64,000 nucleotides of DNA from Lysinibacillus sp. (GTDB lineage Bacteria; Bacillota; Bacilli; Bacillales_A; Planococcaceae), in contig JBJEFP010000114.1 of assembly GCA_051874195.1 (NCBI GenBank), positions 1,760 through 65,759 of the forward strand, written 5' to 3'. Positions 36,338-46,233 of this stretch are shown here, in pieces (within the stretch, counting starts at the first letter, position 1; every line of letters starts with the position of its first letter). A program made the translations under genes and the position numbers. The notes under the pieces are model-generated. The model was not told the DNA's origin and did no database searches. It saw nothing but the letters and a program-made list of their open reading frames with translations.

Positions 36338-37618
36338 TTATTCAAATTCAACCGTATATGTTACACCTGCAACTGTAATCGTGATGCCGTTATTATATTT
36401 CTCTCGAAGCTCCCCTACAGTCCTCACAAGCCCGTTTTCACGATGGGCTTCATCGATAAAACGGTCCGTATTTTCAATGACAGCATTACGATTGATGTCG
36501 AATGTCGTATCATCAAAGTAATCAGCACGCTGGAATTCTTGAGAATGGTCACCCGCTCTTACTGTTATAGTTTCTAGCGAATCAAATAGTAGAGCAGCAG
36601 AAGGTGCAGGAATTTCTTCAATTAAATCGAAGAAATTCATTCCTTCCTGTACCTCTCGTAAAATGTGGCGAATTTCGACAAGCTCTAAATCATCTGAAAT
36701 GAATGAAACGCGAACCGTATTGTCATCTTCTAATTCAAGAGTGGCGACCGATGCCGCTTCATCTCCAAAGGCTTCTATCAAGTTTTCAATAGCGGCATCC
36801 AGTGCCTCTTTAATCGGTGCAGGTTGAGGACTAGGTGTGCCTCCCTCACCCGGGTCTGTCGGCGGTGTTGGCGGCGTTGGTGTATCTCCTCCGCCCGGTT
36901 CCGTTGGCGGTGTTGGTGTATCTCCTGGATCAGGATTGATACCGACATCCGGATCTACCCCCGTATCCGGGTTCTCACCTTCACCCGGGTTCGGTTTGCC
37001 TACTACTTTTTCAGCGCGGACGACAAGTGAAGCAAATTGTCCTCTCTTAATCGGGGCCAATGGGCTGTATGTATGTGCAGTAGTCCCCGTTGTCACACCA
37101 TTGGCATAAAGAATTCCGATATAATTGATGAAACTCTCGGCTCCTTTTAAATCTTTGAAAGGCGTTTCCAGATAGCCTGTCAGGTCGAATGCCTCGACGA
37201 TGACTTTCGCCATCTGACCGCGCGTAATGGCATCATGCTGTCCATAAGTGCCGTCAGGGCGGCCCGAAATGATTCCTTCAGCTTTTAATGCAGCGATTGC
37301 TCCGTAATATTCATCCGTTTTCTTCACATCCGAAAACCCTGGGTCGGCAACATTTTCCGTATCCAATTCCAGAACATTCGCGATAATTTTCGCCGCCTGG
37401 CCGCGTGTCAATGCAGCCGCCCATCTGAAGGTGCCATCTGAATAACCCTTTATTACTCCTCGTTCCGCCAATTCCGAAATGGCCCATGCATGACTGTTTG
37501 TGCTGTCTACATCCTTGAACGTTATTGCTGCCTCTGATTGAGTTGGCACGACGGCAACCACTCCCGCTGAAGCCACTGCTGAAGCCAATGCAATATTAAA
37601 TGCTTTTTTATGTTTCAT
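36338..37618 (-). CDS. Secreted SLH-domain cell-surface protein with Pro/Gly/Thr linker and unrecognised C-terminal domain
   Basis: Signal peptide; three SLH repeats (LTRGQ, ITRGQ, IKRGQ); PTPPT repeats. Confidence 0.88.
   Translation of the reverse strand: MKHKKAFNIALASAVASAGVVAVVPTQSEAAITFKDVDSTNSHAWAISELAERGVIKGYSDGTFRWAAALTRGQAAKIIANVLELDTENVADPGFSDVKKTDEYYGAIAALKAEGIISGRPDGTYGQHDAITRGQMAKVIVEAFDLTGYLETPFKDLKGAESFINYIGILYANGVTTGTTAHTYSPLAPIKRGQFASLVVRAEKVVGKPNPGEGENPDTGVDPDVGINPDPGDTPTPPTEPGGGDTPTPPTPPTDPGEGGTPSPQPAPIKEALDAAIENLIEAFGDEAASVATLELEDDNTVRVSFISDDLELVEIRHILREVQEGMNFFDLIEEIPAPSAALLFDSLETITVRAGDHSQEFQRADYFDDTTFDINRNAVIENTDRFIDEAHRENGLVRTVGELREKYNNGITITVAGVTYTVEFE
36868..36926. 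repeat. Internal 23-bp duplication (36-bp period) in the Pro-rich linker of the SLH protein
   Basis: ttggcggcgttggtgtatctcct (36868) and ttggcggtgttggtgtatctcct (36904). Confidence 0.85.
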
Positions 37619-37853
37619 ACTTGTTAGCTCCCTCCCTTTAAAATTTATAAATACATGCTTGAGTATAGCATTATAAAACTGGAAAGTTTAGCGTATTTTT
37701 GTTAAAAAACCATTACAATCATTACGTTGGGCTCAAATATTTTTTATTTAACCCTTTTTCCCTACTCTAAAAATAGTCTATATTACTCACCTTACTATTC
37801 TATAAAAATATAAACCGGTGAATTCTACCCAACTTTTCCGCTCGACAAATAAG

Positions 37854-37886
37854 AAAAACGAGCCCATTTTTCGTGGGCTCGTTTTT
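37854..37886. terminator. Terminator of ymdB
   Basis: aaaaacgagccca / tgggctcgttttt inverted repeat with A and T tracts on both sides. Confidence 0.85.
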
Positions 37887-37892
37887 TTCTTT

Positions 37893-38714
37893 TTACCCTT
37901 CAAAAGGGTAATCTTCGTTGATGTAAATTCTTTCCTGACGCCGTGCTTTCCCGGTTTTATCATCTATTTCGACAAAAAAACCACTTAGGACATCTCGCCC
38001 TTTTTTCGGAACTTCGAAACGTGCCGGCATATTTGTCTGAAATTTATAGATGACACTTTCCTTTGTCATACCCAGGATTTCATCGTATGGTCCTGTCATC
38101 CCGACATCGGTAATATAGGCAGTCCCGCCAGGATAAATACGGGCATCCGCTGTTTGTACATGGGTATGCGTTCCGACGACAGCAGACGCTCGCCCGTCCA
38201 GATGCCAGCCAAGTGCAATCTTTTCACTCGTGGCCTCCGCATGGAAGTCAACAAAGACAAGGGGGGATACCTTCTTAGCCTCCGCCACCAATTCGTCTGC
38301 CATTGCAAACGGATCTTCATGTGGAGGCAGGAATACACGCCCATGCAGATTGATGACACTGAGTGTCACACCGTTCTTCTCGATTTGCAGCATTCCTTTA
38401 CCCGGGGCGTCCTTCGAAAAGTTCGCCGGACGGATAAGGTAGTCCGCATCATCGATGAAATCGAAAATATCCTTGTTGTCCCACGTATGGTTGCCCATCG
38501 TGATGACGTCGACCCCCATCTGCAATAGGTCATTATAAATGCTACGGGTAATTCCGCGGCCTGCCGCTGCATTCTCTCCATTTGCAATGACTACGTCCAC
38601 CGCATACTTCCTCTTCAGGCGGGGCAAATATTTTGCAACTGCATCTCGGCCAATCGAACCTACGATATCGCCAATAAATAATACTTTCATTTTTCCGACC
38701 ACACTTTCTTTCAA
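37893..38714 (-). CDS. ymdB: YmdB-family metallophosphoesterase
   Basis: IGDIVG, NGENAA, MGNHTWD, DFHAEATSEK, GTHTHV, TDVGMTG. Confidence 0.96.
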   Translation of the reverse strand: MKESVVGKMKVLFIGDIVGSIGRDAVAKYLPRLKRKYAVDVVIANGENAAAGRGITRSIYNDLLQMGVDVITMGNHTWDNKDIFDFIDDADYLIRPANFSKDAPGKGMLQIEKNGVTLSVINLHGRVFLPPHEDPFAMADELVAEAKKVSPLVFVDFHAEATSEKIALGWHLDGRASAVVGTHTHVQTADARIYPGGTAYITDVGMTGPYDEILGMTKESVIYKFQTNMPARFEVPKKGRDVLSGFFVEIDDKTGKARRQERIYINEDYPFEG

Positions 38715-39279
38715 ATACCCTTTATTTTAGCACTGTCTTGATTTAGAAGGCAAATGCCAGTTAACTATCTAGATGTGATACGAATGATGATAGCAGCAAA
38801 AAATACGCCCCCCAGCTTTCCCTTTACATGTCCAAATGTTTCTGCAGGCATGTACCGCTCCATTTTCTTTCTTCACATGATGGGGAGGGCGCAATCATTT
38901 CCATAATATCTTCTCGTGTGGCGGGAGCTGCCATTAGTGGTGCAACTTCTACAGTACAGGGCCCCTTCTGCCTGTCGCAATAATGGCTATGTAAATTAAT
39001 CATGCAAGCAAATTACGCTAGCGCTTCTTCTTATGCATACTAATTTTCCTGTACATTTACTAATGAAGAAACGCTGTTATGATGCCCTACCAATCCTTTC
39101 TTAACACAGCTTTCTACCGTGAATCCCCCTTACCCATCTTCTGATATGTGGACTATCCAACACGTTCTTTAGCCTTTGAATGAACTTGCTGTCCAACCCG
39201 ATACTGCGTACACTCCCACAAAATGTATCCATTTATTATCATGTCCAACGCATATCGATTAAACTTTTTCTTCATAGTC

Positions 39280-39324
39280 AAAACCCCGCACCAGTACACC
39301 TTTTAAAGTGTCCTTTATGCGGGG
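39280..39324 (-). terminator. Terminator of the SLH-only gene
   Basis: ccccgca / tgcgggg stem followed by TTTT on the minus strand. Confidence 0.6.
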
Positions 39325-39342
39325 CTATGGCCTCTTTGACGA

Positions 39343-39990
39343 TTATCTTTTATAGATTTCCTCACAGCGCAGCACGAAGGATGCCAGCTGGCCGCGTGTG
39401 ACCGGGTCGTTCGGGCTGAATGTCGAGCGGGATGTCCCTTTTGTGATGCCAAGCTCGTACAAGGTAATGATGAAATCGATATACTCGGAGCTGTTCACAT
39501 CGATGAATGGTGTATCTGCATTGCCTGTCTGTTGGAATTGGAAAGCCTTCACGAGAATTTTTGCCATCTGGGCACGTGTCAGTGGGGCGTTCGGACGGAA
39601 TGTGCCATCTCCATAGCCATTGATGATGCCTGCCTCTACCAATGCTGCAATGCCTCGATAGTGGGAGTTGTCCGGTGTTACATCAAGGAAGCCCGGGTCT
39701 GGAACATTTGCCGTATTAAGATCCAGGACATTGGCGATGATGCTCGCAACCTGACCACGTGTCACCTGCTGGTTCGGACGGAATGTACCATCCTTATAGC
39801 CTTTGATAACTTGTCGGTCCGCCAGCTTATAAATACTGGCATGGTGACTGTGTCTGTCATTCACATCTTTAAATTTGTGACCGCCTTGCTTTTTCCCTCC
39901 CATATGGGCATCTGCGCTTATCGGCACGACGATGGAAGCTGTCATGAGAGAGGCTGTAGTGGCTAATGCAATAATTTTTTTCTGATTCAT
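39343..39990 (-). CDS. Secreted protein made of a signal peptide and three SLH repeats only
   Basis: VTRGQ, LTRAQ, VTRGQ SLH motifs; protein ends about 10 aa after the third repeat. Confidence 0.88.
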   Translation of the reverse strand: MNQKKIIALATTASLMTASIVVPISADAHMGGKKQGGHKFKDVNDRHSHHASIYKLADRQVIKGYKDGTFRPNQQVTRGQVASIIANVLDLNTANVPDPGFLDVTPDNSHYRGIAALVEAGIINGYGDGTFRPNAPLTRAQMAKILVKAFQFQQTGNADTPFIDVNSSEYIDFIITLYELGITKGTSRSTFSPNDPVTRGQLASFVLRCEEIYKR

Positions 39991-40173
39991 TGGTATATCC
40001 CTCCATAATCCAAAAGATATTACTACAATACCCTATTCTTCCGTCCGTAAGATGCCAATCACTTAACAATTATATTTCAAAAAGGAAAATTTGTAATATT
40101 CCCTTAATTACAATATCAATTTGTTTATATAACTATTTTTATATCATTGTTTCTGTTACAAAAATAACTTTCA

Positions 40174-42792
40174 TTACTTGCCGTCTGCCTTTCTTCTTCT
40201 CCATGCATAAAAGATTACCGACAGAAGTGTAAGAATAGAAATGACAACGCCCTCTTTGAAGAATGGTGAAATATAGGTCATCTCAATATTATGATCCCCT
40301 GGTGAAATCGGGAAGCCGATGAATGCATGGTTCACCTCATAAATGTCCTGCTTCTGCCCGTCCACTTTGACCGTCCAGCCTCTACTGTAAGGGATGGACA
40401 GGAAGAAGATGCCGTCCTCACGAATCGTGACGTTTCCAGAAAGCTGATTGCGGCTGTATGATACATTTTCGAGCCCTTGCTGCGCCAGCATTTCCGTCCG
40501 TTCCTTGAGCGGTTCATAGCTGTTCCGATACACCCGTACATCACCGATTTCATACGTGCCAGGCGTAAGGTTGATTTGAATCGTTGGCTTTTCATATTGC
40601 CAGCCGAGGTTTATTGTAAAGGTTTCCTTCGGGTAGGACCATGTCCACTTATCTGCATACTGCAGCATGGCCTTATCCTGAATCGAAATGGTGAAATCCT
40701 TATCCGTGGTCGGCTTTATGTCCAGCTCCACGATAAGCTCTCCCGTGGTACCTGTTTTTCTGTACGGGATTTCAATATAGCCCTCTTCTTCCACGACATA
40801 GGTCTGTCCATCTAGCTGCTCCATATTTACAAGGCGGGCTTTATCCATTCCCATGAATAACGTCTCGACCTCCAGCTGATTACGGTCAAATGTGGACGGT
40901 GTTTGCTGCAGTTCCCCGTCCTTCACCGTCACCGCCGATAGGATTGCTTGGTCCTTTTCAGGTGTAGATAGCGATTCGAATGTCTCTTCTGACATCCATG
41001 CGTCTGCTGGGTAGGCAAATCCGACCGGCAGCTTGTTTTCATTACGCCGCACATGCCAGTTGGTCGTCGTATAGACCGACTCGTATCCATATGGCTCATA
41101 CCACGTCTTCGCCTCGCTCACATAGAACTCATTGCCTAGCGCCGTCTCGAGGTAGAGTCGGTTGTCATAGTTGTGGTACAGGCTCACAGTGCTCGTCTGA
41201 CGAACGTTGTACTTTTCCTTATACAGCTGGTGAATATTACGCGGAATAAGGCTGTGGTACGCACTATGCGTCTTCAGGCCATAGTACATGCCGGAATTGT
41301 ACTGCATTCTTGGTGAATCCCAAATGGTCCGTCCAAATTCCTCCTCCAGCTGTTTGATTTTATTCGATACTTGCAAACCTTCATAGTGGCCGTAACCGAC
41401 TGTATCGAAGAAGTCATGGAACTGCTGCTGCCCTTCCGTCACATCCTCGTTCATCTTTGAATAATACGCATAATACTGGACAGACCCCGTCCAAACGAGA
41501 CTGACGATGATGAGCGCACTCGCAAGCGGCCGCCATTTTTTCTGTGCGAGCGCATAGATAATAATGCCTGCTACGCCTACCGTCCCTAACAGCAACAGTT
41601 GTCGGTCAAAATCAACCGAAGCTTCAGGACGATGCGGCCAGCGCCAGAGCATGTATCCTGTAAGGGCAACAAGGGATAATATGGCTGGAATCCATATCTT
41701 CTTCCTTTCCACAACCTCATCGAAGAAATACCCTGCCATGAAGCTGCATGTAAAGGCAATCAAATAATACCAGCGATTTTGCATCGCCGATAACCCGTTG
41801 AACAGCGAGTACATGAACGGGATGAGATAAAAGCACATGACAATCAGGACAAATATCTTCTTTGGCAGCAATTCCTTGTTCCGCAGGCTCCATCCACACA
41901 CTAGGAGTACGAACGTCAGCACCGCCATTCCAATCGTATATGTACTATCGTAGGACATGAAAAAAAGCTGCGGCACCTTTTCATAGAAGGTTTCTGCAAA
42001 GGCGAGCGGTATATCATAGTCCTTTGCCAGACGGTCGCTGCTTAAAAACTGGTACACAGCCGGAAGGAAGCTGAATGCCGCAATCCCGATGCTTGCCGTA
42101 TAGCATGCCGCCAGCCGCAATGTGTACACACCGAAATGCCGGATGCTTTTCGGTTCATGGAGCTCCGTATATTTATAGACGGCATAAATCATGAAGTAGA
42201 CAGTCGCAATAAAGGCAAAATAAAAATTCGACGCCACAATGAAAGCGAATGTCAAAATGAAGAACAGCGGCCTTTTCGTCTTCAGATAATGATGGAACGA
42301 CAAGATGAGCAATGGGAGCCATACAAACGCATCTACCATAAAGTCGAAGATAAAATTATAAATTGCGAATGTCGCCGCCCCTCCGTAAAGCAGCCCGCCG
42401 ATCATCGACGCTGTAAAGCTACGCTTCTCATATTGAAGAAGCAAGAACATGAAGAACATCGCAAAAAGCACTTTTGCAATCGACAGCGGCAGATTGAGTG
42501 CCACCACATCTTCAATCGTCCCTACATCAAACAGCGTCGAGAATAGAAAGAAGATAGAAGCTGAATAATAGTAATTGAATTGTGCAAATAAATCTCCTCC
42601 GAGTCCATACGACCAGGACCAGAAGAAGTTCAAATCACGATATTCATCCGTCAATAAATAGCGATAAAACAACATTTGCGTCGTTGCATCTGTTCCGCGT
42701 GGTGTGAGCGGTAATTTTGTCACCAGAAAATAGATATGTAAGCAAATGGAGCTTATAAATAGTGTTGTAAAACCAAGAATAGTTTTTCTCAT
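40174..42792 (-). CDS. yfhO: YfhO-family multi-TM GT-C glycosyltransferase
   Basis: WSWSYGLGGD, YYSASIF, WLPLLIL, SNFYF, LSIPYSRGW...NHAFIG...Y.SP.F..G. Confidence 0.88.
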   Translation of the reverse strand: MRKTILGFTTLFISSICLHIYFLVTKLPLTPRGTDATTQMLFYRYLLTDEYRDLNFFWSWSYGLGGDLFAQFNYYYSASIFFLFSTLFDVGTIEDVVALNLPLSIAKVLFAMFFMFLLLQYEKRSFTASMIGGLLYGGAATFAIYNFIFDFMVDAFVWLPLLILSFHHYLKTKRPLFFILTFAFIVASNFYFAFIATVYFMIYAVYKYTELHEPKSIRHFGVYTLRLAACYTASIGIAAFSFLPAVYQFLSSDRLAKDYDIPLAFAETFYEKVPQLFFMSYDSTYTIGMAVLTFVLLVCGWSLRNKELLPKKIFVLIVMCFYLIPFMYSLFNGLSAMQNRWYYLIAFTCSFMAGYFFDEVVERKKIWIPAILSLVALTGYMLWRWPHRPEASVDFDRQLLLLGTVGVAGIIIYALAQKKWRPLASALIIVSLVWTGSVQYYAYYSKMNEDVTEGQQQFHDFFDTVGYGHYEGLQVSNKIKQLEEEFGRTIWDSPRMQYNSGMYYGLKTHSAYHSLIPRNIHQLYKEKYNVRQTSTVSLYHNYDNRLYLETALGNEFYVSEAKTWYEPYGYESVYTTTNWHVRRNENKLPVGFAYPADAWMSEETFESLSTPEKDQAILSAVTVKDGELQQTPSTFDRNQLEVETLFMGMDKARLVNMEQLDGQTYVVEEEGYIEIPYRKTGTTGELIVELDIKPTTDKDFTISIQDKAMLQYADKWTWSYPKETFTINLGWQYEKPTIQINLTPGTYEIGDVRVYRNSYEPLKERTEMLAQQGLENVSYSRNQLSGNVTIREDGIFFLSIPYSRGWTVKVDGQKQDIYEVNHAFIGFPISPGDHNIEMTYISPFFKEGVVISILTLLSVIFYAWRRRKADGK

Positions 42793-42893
42793 GATGCACC
42801 TCCTTCTCTATTATAGCGGTTGATTTGCATTATTTCCTCAAAGCGATAAAATAGAATGTGAAGAAAATAATAAAAATATACTGCAGGTGTAAT

Positions 42894-43844
42894 ATGAAAT
42901 TATCTATAGTCGTACCTTGTTATAACGAAGAATCAGTTTTACCTAAGTTCTATGAAGCCATCAAGGCTACGATGGCGCAATTGAACATCTCTTATGAAGT
43001 AGTCTTCATTAATGATGGGAGCAGGGACGGGACCCAGAAAATCTTGGAACAGTTTGCAGGACAAGATGAGCTGATACGCTTCGTATCGTTCAGTAAGAAT
43101 TTCGGAAAAGAGTCGGCCATGCTGGCAGGCCTTTCCTATGCTACCGGGGACTATGTCCTAATCATGGATGCAGACCTTCAACACCCCCCATCACTCATCC
43201 CTTTGATGCTAGATAAGGCTAAGGAAGGCTACGACCAGGTGATTGCGAAGCGGAACCGCATGGGTGAAAAACGCACTCGATCCTTGGTGACAAAATTTTA
43301 TTATAAGCTCATCAATTCCCTTGTCGATGTCCAGTTGGAAAACGGTGTTGGGGATTTTCGCATGTTGAGCAGGCAGGCAGTCGATGCACTTCTCTCCTTA
43401 AAAGAGTATAACCGCTTTTCAAAGGGCCTGTTTTCCTGGATTGGCTTTAATGAGACGGTCATTGAATATGACAACATCATCCGAGAAGAAGGAGACAGTA
43501 GGTGGTCCTTTGCGAGCTTGCTGAACTACGGCATCGACGGCGTCATTTCCTTTAATAACAAACCGTTGCGTATCGCCATTTACCTCGGGCTGACAGTGAC
43601 GATTCTCGATATTCTGTATGTACTGTTCATACTCGTACAGATTACCGTCAGAGGCATCGATGTTCCAGGCTATTTCACGACCATTGCAGCCATTCTGCTC
43701 ATTGGCGGTCTGCAGCTGTTCTTTATGGGAATCATCGGCGAGTATATCGGCCGAATCTATTACGAAGTGAAGAGAAGGCCACACTATATCGTCGCAAAGA
43801 CGGCCAATTTCGAAAAGGAGAAACATTGTGAAAAGGTTTATTAA
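42894..43844 (+). CDS. GT2 undecaprenyl-phosphate glycosyltransferase (GtrB / CsbB / YkcC-like)
   Basis: SIVVPCYNEE, INDGSRD, FSKNFGKESA, MDADLQHPP, two C-terminal TM helices; start moved to MKLSIVV. Confidence 0.9.
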   Translation: MKLSIVVPCYNEESVLPKFYEAIKATMAQLNISYEVVFINDGSRDGTQKILEQFAGQDELIRFVSFSKNFGKESAMLAGLSYATGDYVLIMDADLQHPPSLIPLMLDKAKEGYDQVIAKRNRMGEKRTRSLVTKFYYKLINSLVDVQLENGVGDFRMLSRQAVDALLSLKEYNRFSKGLFSWIGFNETVIEYDNIIREEGDSRWSFASLLNYGIDGVISFNNKPLRIAIYLGLTVTILDILYVLFILVQITVRGIDVPGYFTTIAAILLIGGLQLFFMGIIGEYIGRIYYEVKRRPHYIVAKTANFEKEKHCEKVY

Positions 43845-44217
43845 CGGCGAGGTGCTTCGCTTCGTTCTTGTCGGTTTCATGAATACCGGCAACTATTATA
43901 TTCTGTACCTGTTGTTCCTACATATTTTCGGGTGGAATTATATGATTTCCCACATCGTTGCTTTTTTGATTAGCATGGTCGGTTCCTTTTTCCTGAATTC
44001 GTATTTCACATACAAAACAAAACCTACCTGGAAGAAGTTTATACAGTTCCCGCTGACCTATGTAGTAAATATTTCTGTGACGACTGCAAGCATCTATCTA
44101 TTGGTCGATATCTTTGGATTGAACGAGACGATTTCCCCACTGCTTGCATCAGTCATCGCTATTCCGTTCACCTTCCTCATTTCAAAAAAGATTCTGAAAA
44201 GCGGAACGGCTCATTGA
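43828..44217 (+). CDS. gtrA: GtrA-family flippase
   Basis: RFVLVGFMNT...YLLFL...SFFLNSYFTY; four TM helices; overlaps the GT2 gene. Confidence 0.9.
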   Translation: MKRFINGEVLRFVLVGFMNTGNYYILYLLFLHIFGWNYMISHIVAFLISMVGSFFLNSYFTYKTKPTWKKFIQFPLTYVVNISVTTASIYLLVDIFGLNETISPLLASVIAIPFTFLISKKILKSGTAH

Positions 44218-44337
44218 GGACCTAAGCTCTTTGAAGATTCTTCTCAATGAGATACGTATGGGAGAGAAGGCAAGCAAATTCCTCACGGAGGCGACACCTT
44301 CTCTCTATATATTTTAGAATACCCTCATGATCCATGT

Positions 44338-44371
44338 AAAAAAGCGGCACCCCGAAGGATGCCGCTTTTTT
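44338..44371. terminator. Terminator of rny
   Basis: aaaaaagcggca / tgccgctttttt inverted repeat. Confidence 0.85.
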
Positions 44372-45927
44372 TATTTCGCGTACTCTACAGCACGTGTTTC
44401 ACGGATGACCGTAACCTTTATATGTCCTGGATAATCAAGTTCCTCTTCAATCCGTTTACGAATGTCCCTCGCTAGACGGTGAGAGGCAAGGTCGTCGATT
44501 TTATCCGGTTGGACGATGATGCGTATTTCACGGCCTGCCTGGATGGCATATGATTTCTCTACACCGTCATAGCTCTCGGAGATTTCCTCAAGCTTTTCTA
44601 GACGACGGATATAGTTTTCAAGCGTTTCACTGCGTGCGCCTGGTCGGGCTGCCGATAAAGCGTCTGCCGCCGCCACCAATATGGCAATAACGGAAGTAGG
44701 CTCCGTGTCCCCGTGATGGGAAGCGATACTGTTGATGACAACAGGATGCTCCTTGTATTTTGTCGCAAGCTCCACACCGATTTCGACGTGGCTTCCTTCC
44801 ACCTCATGGTCAATCGCCTTACCGATATCATGGAGTAGACCGGCACGTTTCGCCAACGTTACATCCTCGCCAAGTTCGGCTGCCAGAAGACCGGCTAAAT
44901 GCGCCACTTCTACAGAGTGCTTCAGTACATTTTGGCCATAGCTTGTACGATACTTCATACGGCCTAAAATTTTCATTAAATCTGGATGCAGATTGTGGAT
45001 GCCGACTTCAAATGTCGTCTGTTCACCCGTTTCACGGATTTGCTCGTCCACTTCACGGCGTGATTTCTCCACCATTTCTTCGATACGAGCCGGGTGGATT
45101 CGTCCATCCTGCACCAGTTTTTCCAATGCAAGTCGCGCCGTTTCACGACGGATAGGGTCGAAGCCGGAAAGAATGACCGCTTCCGGTGTATCATCGATGA
45201 TTAAGTCGATGCCCGTAAGCGTTTCAAGCGTACGGATGTTGCGTCCTTCACGGCCGATAATGCGGCCCTTCATTTCATCGTTCGGTAAATTCACGACCGA
45301 TACAGTCGTCTCGGCTACATGGTCTGCAGCAAAGCGCTGTAGTGCAAGTGATAAAATTTCACGTGCCTTTTTGTCGGAGTCCTCTTTCGCACGTGTTTCC
45401 GCCTCTTTTGTCATGACGGCAATATCCGTCGAAAGTTCATTCTCTACTTCCTTCAGAATGAAGCCTTTCGCCTCTTCACGTGTTAATGCGGCAATCCGTT
45501 CAAGTTCCGACTTTTGAGCCGCAACAAGTTCTTCCACTTTGCTTTCCATCTGTTCAATATGCTGTTGTCTGTCGGCCAGAGCTTCTTCTTTACGCTCCAG
45601 GCCTGTTTCTCTTTTGTTCAGAGCATCATCCTTGCGATCAAGATTCTCTTCTCTTTGCAATAAACGGTTCTCTTGTTTCTGAAGTTCCAAGCGACGTTCA
45701 CGAATGTCATTTTCAGCTTCAGTACGAAATTTGTGAGTTTCATCTTTTGCTTCAAGCAGTGCTTCCTTTTTCAGTGCATCAGCTTCGCGCTTTGCCTCGT
45801 CGACAATGGCAGCGGCCTGATGTTTTGCACCAGTCACTTTTGATTCATTCACTTGTTTCATGTAGAAATAGATAACAGCGACACCGACAGCGAATCCAAG
45901 CAAAGCAGGGATAATCATTTCCATCAT
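44371..45927 (-). CDS. rny: Ribonuclease Y
   Basis: N-terminal TM, coiled coil, KH domain ([13 protein letters not shown]), HD domain (LLHDIGKA). Confidence 0.98.
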   Translation of the reverse strand: MMEMIIPALLGFAVGVAVIYFYMKQVNESKVTGAKHQAAAIVDEAKREADALKKEALLEAKDETHKFRTEAENDIRERRLELQKQENRLLQREENLDRKDDALNKRETGLERKEEALADRQQHIEQMESKVEELVAAQKSELERIAALTREEAKGFILKEVENELSTDIAVMTKEAETRAKEDSDKKAREILSLALQRFAADHVAETTVSVVNLPNDEMKGRIIGREGRNIRTLETLTGIDLIIDDTPEAVILSGFDPIRRETARLALEKLVQDGRIHPARIEEMVEKSRREVDEQIRETGEQTTFEVGIHNLHPDLMKILGRMKYRTSYGQNVLKHSVEVAHLAGLLAAELGEDVTLAKRAGLLHDIGKAIDHEVEGSHVEIGVELATKYKEHPVVINSIASHHGDTEPTSVIAILVAAADALSAARPGARSETLENYIRRLEKLEEISESYDGVEKSYAIQAGREIRIIVQPDKIDDLASHRLARDIRKRIEEELDYPGHIKVTVIRETRAVEYAK

Positions 45928-46035
45928 GTAACCCCTCCTACTTGCTCATTACGTCTGATGTTCCAGTCGGCGAATATTAGAAGATTCTAATAATGGCCTC
46001 TTTCATTTCAAAATGTAAGAAATTATACATGATTA

Positions 46036-46064
46036 ATTGTAAAGCTCCATACTAGGTCTGTCAA
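46036..46064 (-). promoter_or_regulatory. sigmaA promoter of rny
   Basis: Minus strand TTGACA-17 bp-TACAAT. Confidence 0.75.
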
Positions 46065-46164
46065 GGATTCCCGCTATCCATGGCCGTGTTTGTCCCATAT
46101 AGAGATAGTAAATTCTCCTATAGCAGCCGTCGTAGAGGGTGGTCCCACCTCTCCATTATATGGC

Positions 46165-46202
46165 AAAAAACCATTGGGGCAAGATATTTTCCCAATGGTT
46201 TT
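46165..46202 (-). terminator. Terminator of recA
   Basis: aaaaccattggg / cccaatggtttt inverted repeat with T tract. Confidence 0.8.
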
Positions 46203-46233
46203 GAAGCAAATTAATGCGTATTTGCCAACCTTC

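Noticed and set aside
22056-37850. Prophage or ICE origin of the surface-glycan island
   Set aside because: No integrase, relaxase, phage genes, tRNA target or att-like direct repeats were seen.
39150-39250. Recurring TCCAAC/TCCATT at 39156, 39192, 39228 (36-bp spacing) and 39244
   Set aside because: Only two exact matches in phase, the flanks are unrelated, and the fourth copy is out of phase, so this is consistent with chance.
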